Source: Chrysemys picta bellii
Taxonomy: Eukaryota
Assembly (NCBI RefSeq): GCF_011386835.1
Contig: NC_088808.1
Coordinates: 13,764,001-13,828,000, forward strand
Direction of reading: 5' to 3'
DNA: 64,000 nt
Shown: positions 59,171-64,000 of the stretch, piece by piece
How the letters are laid out: the number at the start of each line of letters is the position of its first letter
Position numbering within the stretch: the first letter of the stretch is position 1
Translations under genes and position numbers: made by a program
Notes under the pieces: model-generated
The model's database searches: none
Told to the model about the DNA's origin: nothing
What the model saw: the letters and a program-made list of their open reading frames with translations, nothing else

Positions 59171-59321
59171 GCGGTACCAAAGTCCAGGGGCTCGTGTGTG
59201 ACTGTAGGGCCATGGACTCGGGGGCCAGGCTCTAGGGCAGGGCCATGCGTACACAGCAGTGCAATGCAAAAAGTAAGCAGCAGTAATGGCAAAAGAAAAT
59301 GCAATTTTAAATCCCATTTTT

Positions 59322-59327
59322 TTTATT
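59322..59327 (-). terminator. Candidate distal KYAT1 poly(A) signal
   Basis: AATAAA on - followed by a U-rich downstream tract; a second AATAAA lies at 59922-59917. Confidence 0.5.
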
Positions 59328-59447
59328 GTAATAATCTGACAATTCCTTTAATCTTCACATCTTTGAAACATACAGGAAAGCAATAAGTGTTTTAAGCTAG
59401 CTGGTCATCCTTCCTTGGCCTAGACCGCAAGGCGAATTCTCTTCTCA

Positions 59448-59738
59448 GGCTTTGTCCACACTGGACTTTCATCCGTAAAACTTTTGTCATTCAGGGGTAC
59501 GGAAAAAACAAAACCCACACACCCGTCTAACGAAAGTTTTACTGACAAAAAGTGCCAATGTGAACAGCACTTGCGGGGGGAGGAGAGGGGAAAGGGAAGC
59601 TCTCTTGCCGACAAAGCTACCACCGCTCATTGTGGGTAGAAGTTTTTGTAGGCGGGAGAGCCGACAAAGAGCAGCTACACTATGCACCTTTTAGTGGCAC
59701 AGCTGTGTCGCTAAATGGTGCGTAGTGTAGACATAGCC
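59448..59738. mobile_element. PIF/Harbinger-like MITE in the KYAT1 3' region
   Basis: TIRs ggctttgtccacact / agtgtagacatagcc; 3-bp TSD TCA (59445-59447, 59739-59741). Confidence 0.8.
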
Positions 59739-60948
59739 TCAGTGTCTCCTGTGCAACCTCCGTAACTTCAGAAGGATTGCAATGGTGTAAGAGTAGAATT
59801 TGGTCATTGTCTCTAATTCAGCAGTGTCAATGCAGCCCTCCACATTTAAGGTAAAATATTATTGATAGCCAGAGCAGATGAAGAATGTTAAAACAGAGGT
59901 ATTAAGTAGACCAATATTTATTCCTTTATGTACATTTTAGTAATTTAAACTTGTACTCTAAATCCTTATTACAAGTTCAGTTATGCTCTACTTTGGAACA
60001 ATTTAAGAAGCTAGTTTACATTAATTTAGATTCACATTCTTACCTAGGTTTAAATTAAGATGCTACATCAGAGTTAATTATCTCAACTTTGTCAAGAATA
60101 ATCCAGTTGTTCCCACAAGGGAGCATCTGAAAGACACAACTACACAAAATCTCTGCTAGCTTCCCCTCACTACTGAATTTCTCTAAAACACCAAAAGTAT
60201 ACAGGGAAAGGAGGACAGGCCCTGCAACTTTAAATTCTTCCTTTCCTAGTGGAGTCTGTGCATTGTTCTTGAAGGCCCGAAGTACCTGCTTTATAATTTG
60301 GGTGATACTCTGCTAGGAGGTGACAATTAGAGCTCAGCCAGGCCTGGTTCTATTAGGGGGATGGAGGGGAGAGTTTAAAGGTAGACTAGACTAGATTAAC
60401 TACTTGGACTGTCTGTTTTGTGGATGAGCTGGTAGTCCATTCTGCAAGGTGATGGAACAGAAGGAACCAGTGGGAAAAGTTCGGATAAAGTAAAAGTTCA
60501 CCTGTCATTGGACTCTAATGACTTAGGATCATGGGGACCAGCTTATTTAGAACATATAGAATGTTATGGAGCAGGACAGGGAGCCCAGCAACCATTTTGC
60601 CTTGTGTTTTAGCTCCAGGGAACCCAGTATGAATAAGTTAGTGAAGCTTTTGAAAGTAAAAAAGAGAAAATAAAGTTTTACCAGTGTATATACTGGCTCA
60701 TAAGTCCCAAAGAACAGTAAAACCTTTTTGCTAGTGGACAGCAATGAGAAACTTTGAACCAGATCTGAGGGCTGACAAACCTCTTGCCCATGTGCATGAT
60801 AGAGAAGGTGACTGAAATCCAATGATGCAATAAAGAGTTAAAACAAAAACAGTAAGCAAAGAATCTGTAGCCACAATGGCTGCATCAAGGAGAGCAGGAC
60901 ATAGCAGCAGAGCACGGGCGAGCCTGCCTGGTATTCTGTCCAAAGCAT

Positions 60949-61017
60949 TCACTGGCCAGTTTTCTCCAGACTCCATTGTTGCAGTATGTCTTCTGCTGCC
61001 TTCAGCGTAGATTCCTC
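60949..61017 (-). CDS. KYAT1: KYAT1 last exon coding part (EESTLKAAEDILQQWSLEKTGQ*)
   Basis: ttgctcag|GAG; TGA at 60951-60949. Confidence 0.9.
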   Translation of the reverse strand, partial: EESTLKAAEDILQQWSLEKTGQ

Positions 61018-61565
61018 CTGAGCAAACACCAGACTGTCAGCCCTACCAGGCTCCATGCCCACGCCCGCCCTCTCCACACTGAATAATAAAATACAGTTAT
61101 GTAAGATTTATATCCCCTGTTTCATCCTGAAGGATCACAAATGCTGTATATACAGCACCACTGAAATGCAGCCACTGTTGGGACAGAGGACAGCAGGCAC
61201 CCAGTGCACATCAATCTCTAAATAGTAATAGAGGATGAGAGGAAATTTTGGCCAGATGAACTGGGGTGAAGCTCTACTTTTATTGAAAGTGCACTGGGAT
61301 CTTTAGTGGCCATGAATGAACAGAACTTGGATTAGGATCTCACGTGAAAGACACACACACTGACTTCATTTTATCTACCTCTGAGGGCTGAAAAATTGAG
61401 TCAGTCCTGCCAGACTTTGAACCTGTGGTTCCAGGTTATTGTTTGGTGTTTTAAGCCCCAAGTCTTAGCCACTTATCTCTTCTGGCATATGCCTCATTTA
61501 CAGCAGTAGCCCTGATCACTGCCTGAACTCACTCCCCTTCTTTCTTGTTGCCCCAGAGGCCTCAC

Positions 61566-61652
61566 CTTCGCAAAGCAGAAGCGGATGAAATGGTCAAAAT
61601 TCCTCTTGTGTGGAGTGCTGTAGAAAGCGGAGACTGGAATGGAAACTAAACC
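61566..61652 (-). CDS. KYAT1: KYAT1 penultimate exon (GLVSIPVSAFY...IRFCFAK)
   Basis: cttcacag|GGT; AAG|gtgagg; 87 nt. Confidence 0.94.
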
Positions 61653-62340
61653 CTGTGAAGGGGAGGGAGGGAAAAGAGGGTGCACACAAGGTTAATTTTT
61701 TCTTAGCCTCTGCACATTGCCTTGTGCCACTCTCTGATCAAAGAAAGACCCACACCTGCAGTAAGTTCATTGCTCCTGGACACCCCAGGTTACTGAGCAG
61801 ACATGAGCCACACTTCCAGCTGCTTGCTTTTCAAGATCAGAGTCAAACATCTCAACAGAAGCCATCTTGCCGCCCAGCAAACCAGGCATTATCACCCCCA
61901 CCCCCACCCTGTGTCCTTGGCGGACACATTGGTGGCTTGGCTCTGTGAGCATCCTGACACCAGAGGCTATCGGCAAGATGAACATCAGGGTGTAACAAGA
62001 TGATCATTTGGTTCAGAAGGACATCGCAGAGGGGGCATCATACCCTGACTTCTGAAGGAACATGGTGGAGGGTGGGGATATAACCAGATGGCTAATCTAG
62101 GAGATGCCATTAATGCGCTCCTTTGGTAGACAGGACACTAGAAGGAAGAGGATTTGAATTACAAGGCCGTGTACTCGACTGGGTGAGGCAATGGTAGCAA
62201 GCCTCAAGTAAGAGGTCCAATGTTTTCAAGTCAGTGCTCCACCATCACAAAATCCAGCTCCCTCAAATCGAACTGGAGCAAAGAGAACGGGGAAACTTTC
62301 CCAGAAAACAAGCACCCTGGAGAGAGACAGAGGCATTTAC

Positions 62341-62417
62341 CTTGTTTATAATCATCCACTTTATAAACCGAGAGTCATAGGGTTCATCAGAATCCGGGAG
62401 GTCAGGTACTTCACTTT
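62341..62417 (-). CDS. KYAT1: KYAT1 exon (SEVPDLPDSDEPYDSRFIKWMIINK)
   Basis: tcttgcag|AA; AAG|gtaaat; 77 nt. Confidence 0.93.
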
Positions 62418-62966
62418 CTGCAAGACACACACAGCAGAATGGGCAAGGGGAATGATGGAACAAATGGGACACAGATGGATTTCCCAATTGAGCCAGGTAC
62501 CCACATGGCGCCAGATGCCATTGTGGGCAAGCACAGTAGTGTCCCCCCTCTAGGGACTTGGGTTCGAACTCTGGCTCAGATGAAAACACATATGGTTATT
62601 TCATCCTTTTCCGTTTAACAGAGTCGTCAGTCTCTGCTCAAGAGAATCTCAAGGCCAGGAAAGATCCTCGCACAGAGGTGGTCACAGGCCACACACAGGT
62701 GAATTTGTAGATGTATGGGAGACATGGCATAGCACATGCTCACGCTGTGCCCAATTTAAGTCAGTGTTACTAGATCATCACTTCATTAAGCAACAAATTC
62801 CCCACCACTACCTGCCATTGTCTTTCCTTTCCCTTCCCTACTCAAAGTGAAGAAAATGGACCAGGCTTTATCTTATTCTAGACTCCGCAACACCCACTTC
62901 CAAGCTGTGAGCTCCATCCCTTTAATGTGCAGGTCAGAAGTAGATAAAACAGTCATGTGAACTTAC

Positions 62967-63153
62967 TGAACTCTGAGAAGTCTGCCATCAGGAAGTAGGT
63001 GCCCTCAGGGACAATGGGCTTCATGCCCCCAGCAACTAGGCTCCGAACTAGCCAGTCCCGCTTCTGCTGCAGCTCCTGGGCTAGCTGGACAAAATAACTG
63101 TCTGGCTTCCCATAGTTGTCAAACTCTCTTTGGAATGCCTGAGCCACCGCTTC
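62967..63153 (-). CDS. KYAT1: KYAT1 exon (EAVAQAFQREF...LMADFSEF)
   Basis: ctctccag|GAA; A|gtaagt; 187 nt. Confidence 0.94.
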
Positions 63154-63892
63154 CTGGAGAGAGAGGGGGATGATGGAGAGAGGAACTCAGACCCAGGCAG
63201 AAAGCATCCCCTGTGCATGCTCAGAGCATCAGAGGGACCCCTCTTCCCAGACAAAAGCAGCAAAATGCTCAGAGTTTGCGGTAGGCTTACTTGAAAATTC
63301 TAGAGGCAGCCCATGAACTGGGGTTTTCGCTTCTGTTCAGATGCATAGGAGATAACAGGTGGGTTAAAACACCAGGCCTAGATCAATAAAATCTTTGCTT
63401 CCCACCCCTCACAACAGAAAACCTCCTCCCCCAGCTCCGGAGATTGTCAAGTATGCTCTCTGCACAGTATTGGCTATCTGGAGTCACTTGACTCTGTCCC
63501 CTGCCCTCCAGGCATGTTGTGAAGTGATTTGAGAGGAAGACACCCTGGGTCACAATGCATCATCTTCTGTCTGTTTCCTGGGCTGACAATGCCTCTCTGG
63601 CCATTCATTTGACACTTCCGAACCATAGACAGGAGGCTTGAGAAAGGTGTTCCTCCAATGTCCTAACCTGGCTATTATACCACCCAAGGGACTGAGCAAG
63701 CTTGCCGGTTCTGCACCTGCTTGGGGAAGTGGCATCTTACCTGGATGGTGTGTGTGAGTGGGCTCTTACCTCTAGGTTCTGCACAGTTGTGGTCTGGGGA
63801 GACAATTACCAGATCTCTCCCCGGAGGGCCTTTGGGGCTTGCATCAGACATCTGATTTGAGGCAGTGCCCCTCCAGGTGCATGGCCCCTTAC

Positions 63893-63982
63893 CTGAGCTG
63901 CTGTTGGACAGTGATACACAGAGTTCTGGTGGACAGTTCTGAGGTGTTTCAGAAGGCGATCAGGCCCCAAACTCCAACCAAT
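63893..63982 (-). CDS. KYAT1: KYAT1 exon (IGWSLGPDRLLKHLRTVHQNSVYHCPTAAQ)
   Basis: tgtaacag|ATT; CAG|gtaagg; 90 nt. Confidence 0.94.
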
Positions 63983-64000
63983 CTGTTACAACACAGAGAA

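Larger units (their letters stand above)
60949..63982 (-). other. KYAT1: KYAT1 (CCBL1; kynurenine aminotransferase 1 / glutamine transaminase K), last five coding exons
   Basis: Class I PLP aminotransferase C-terminus (HQNSVYHCPT, PEGTYFL, IRFCFAK). Assigned to KYAT1 rather than KYAT3 by synteny with SPOUT1/ENDOG. Confidence 0.92.

Noticed and set aside
58401-59235. Multiple 75-184 aa ORFs in the SPOUT1 promoter and intron 1
   Set aside because: CpG island plus MITE sequence; only the first 12 codons of 58439..58846 belong to SPOUT1
63550-63735. 61-aa minus-strand ORF in a KYAT1 intron as an extra coding exon
   Set aside because: No similarity to aminotransferase sequence, and the flanking exons already join in frame without it

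Overview
Vertebrate genomic DNA, most likely a turtle: it carries two tRNA-headed SINEs with CR1 3' tails of the tortoise polIII/SINE type, plus reptile-type CR1, Penelope and hAT repeats. Five intron-containing genes follow the order of the human 9q34.11 block: ZER1 (-, 5' part, 525 codons in window), TBC1D13 (+, complete, 12 exons, 400 aa), ENDOG (+, complete, 3 exons, 303 aa), SPOUT1/C9orf114 (-, complete, 12 exons, 374 aa) and KYAT1/CCBL1 (-, last 5 exons). I set exon boundaries by hand from GT/AG signals, and the exon phases join into open frames. All five genes are known, and I found no bacterial-type or clearly new multi-gene system. The best leads are: (1) a TSD-flanked Penelope fragment whose junction supplies an in-frame ATG to an uninterrupted GIY-YIG ORF, followed by a minimal hammerhead ribozyme just upstream of TBC1D13; (2) a 1.6-kb fold-back hAT element built from two inverted transposase 3' ends; (3) a phase-compatible KYAT1-SPOUT1 read-through junction; (4) inverted SINEs flanking ZER1 exons 2-5; (5) several unusual splice features. 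Family names and functional predictions come from recall and inference, not database searches.
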